In this document: positions 62,745 through 64,000 of the stretch, in pieces
How positions within the stretch are numbered: position 1 is the stretch's first letter
How the letters are laid out: every line of letters starts with the position of its first letter
Assembly (NCBI RefSeq): GCF_009914755.1
Contig: NC_060925.1
Reading direction: 5' to 3' (one strand)
DNA: 64,000 nucleotides
Source of the DNA: the human T2T-CHM13v2.0 reference genome, Homo sapiens
Made by a program: the position numbers and the translations under genes
The notes under the pieces: generated by a model
What the model was told of the DNA's origin: nothing
Seen by the model: the letters and a program-made list of their open reading frames with translations, nothing else
The model's database searches: none

Positions 62745-63650
62745 CTCTGGGGGAAAAGATAGTCTCTTCAATAAATGGTGTTGGGAAAACTGGATATCCA
62801 TATGCAGAAGAATGAAGTTGAGTATCTCACACCATATACAACACTCAACTCAAAATGATTAGAGGCTTAAACATAAGACTGAAAACTGTAAAACTACTAG
62901 AAAACATAAGGTAAAAGCTCCATAATGGTCTGAAAAATTTTTTGGCTAAAACTGCAAAAGCAAAAACAGACAAGCATGAATGCATCAAACTATCAATATA
63001 AAGCTTCCTCACAACAAAGGAAACAACAGAGTGAAAAGACAACATGTGGATTGGGAGAAAATATTTGCAAACTATTTATCAGTTAGGGGGTTATAAGGAA
63101 CTCCAACACCTAAACAGCAAGAAAACAAATAACCCACTTAAAAAACAAGCAAAGAACCTGAATAAACATTTCTCAAAAAAAGACATACAAATAACAAACA
63201 GGTATATGAAAAAATGCTCAATATCATTAATCATCAGGGAAGTTTAAATTAAAACCACAATGAGGTATCGCCTCACAACTGCTAGAATTTCTATCATCAA
63301 AAAGACAAATGACATCTGTGAAGTGGGGTGTGTTAAAAAAAGATGAAAGATAACAAGCGTTGGCAAGAATGTGGAGAAAAGAGAACTCTTGTAACGTTGG
63401 TGGGAATGTAAATCAGTACAGCTTTTATGGAAAATAATATGGAGGTCCTCAAATACTAAATACAGAATGGCAATATGACCTAGCAATTACACTTCTGAGC
63501 ATTGAATCCCACTTCAATTTCAAAAGAGTTAAAATTAGGATACAGAAAAAAACATGCACACTCTTTTATTCATTGCATTATTCACAACAGCAAAGATATG
63601 AAATCAACCTAAGTGCCCATCAACAAATAAATGGATAAGAAAACATGGTA
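62745..63650 (+). mobile_element. L1 (L1MA/PB-like) ORF2 C-terminal region
   Basis: agtctcttcaataaatggtgttgggaaaactggatatcc; ORF 63044 [36 protein letters not shown] is the L1 ORF2 tail. Confidence 0.9.
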
Positions 63651-63651
63651 T

Positions 63652-64000
63652 ACAGCTGACCCTTGGAAAACACAGGTTTGAACTGTGAGGAACCACTTAT
63701 ATGCAAATTTTCTTCCTCTTCTACCACTCCAGAGAAAGACCAACCCCACTTCTTTCTCCTCCTTCTCAGCCTACTCCATGTGAAGATGAGGATGAAGACC
63801 TTTATGATTCACTTCATTTAATAAACAGTAAATATATTTTCTTTTATGATTTTCTTAATAATATTTTCTTTTGTCTAGCTTATGTGGGTTAATTGTTTAT
63901 GTTATTGGTAAGATTTTCAGTCAACAGTAGGCTATTAGTAGTTAAGCTTTTGAGTCAGGGAATCAAATTATACCCGAATTTTCAACTGAGTGGAGGGTCA
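63652..64000. mobile_element. Tigger2a/MER28-like DNA transposon
   Basis: TA|cagctgacccttggaaaacacaggtttgaactg ... gagtggagggtca. Confidence 0.75.

Overview
Primate (very probably human) genomic DNA, mostly interspersed repeats. The minus strand carries the 3' end of COP1/RFWD2: the 45-nt penultimate exon (ESNVLIAANSQGTIK), the last exon (VLELV*) with its 3' UTR and poly(A) signals, and about 35 kb of the preceding long intron. That intron hosts the H/ACA scaRNA SCARNA3 and its embedded MIR1843, whose 3' guide pocket pairs exactly around U6 snRNA U40. Downstream of COP1 lies an ~12 kb non-coding ERV1-type provirus with nested insertions, including a full-length RPS29 processed pseudogene with 17-bp TSDs. 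The most unusual item is at 52.8-53.5 kb. It appears to be a retrocopy of a chimeric transcript: a MER21 LTR exon joined at the LTR's splice-donor position to vomeronasal type-2 receptor (V2R) coding sequence, ending in a decayed A-tail and inserted into a MER5 element antisense to COP1. Other oddities are a 5'-inverted (twin-primed) Alu and two fold-back or templated-insertion repair scars. Nearly all ORFs in the supplied track are repeat-derived or chance. Gene and repeat-family names come from recall, not database searches, and repeat boundaries are approximate unless TSDs are given.
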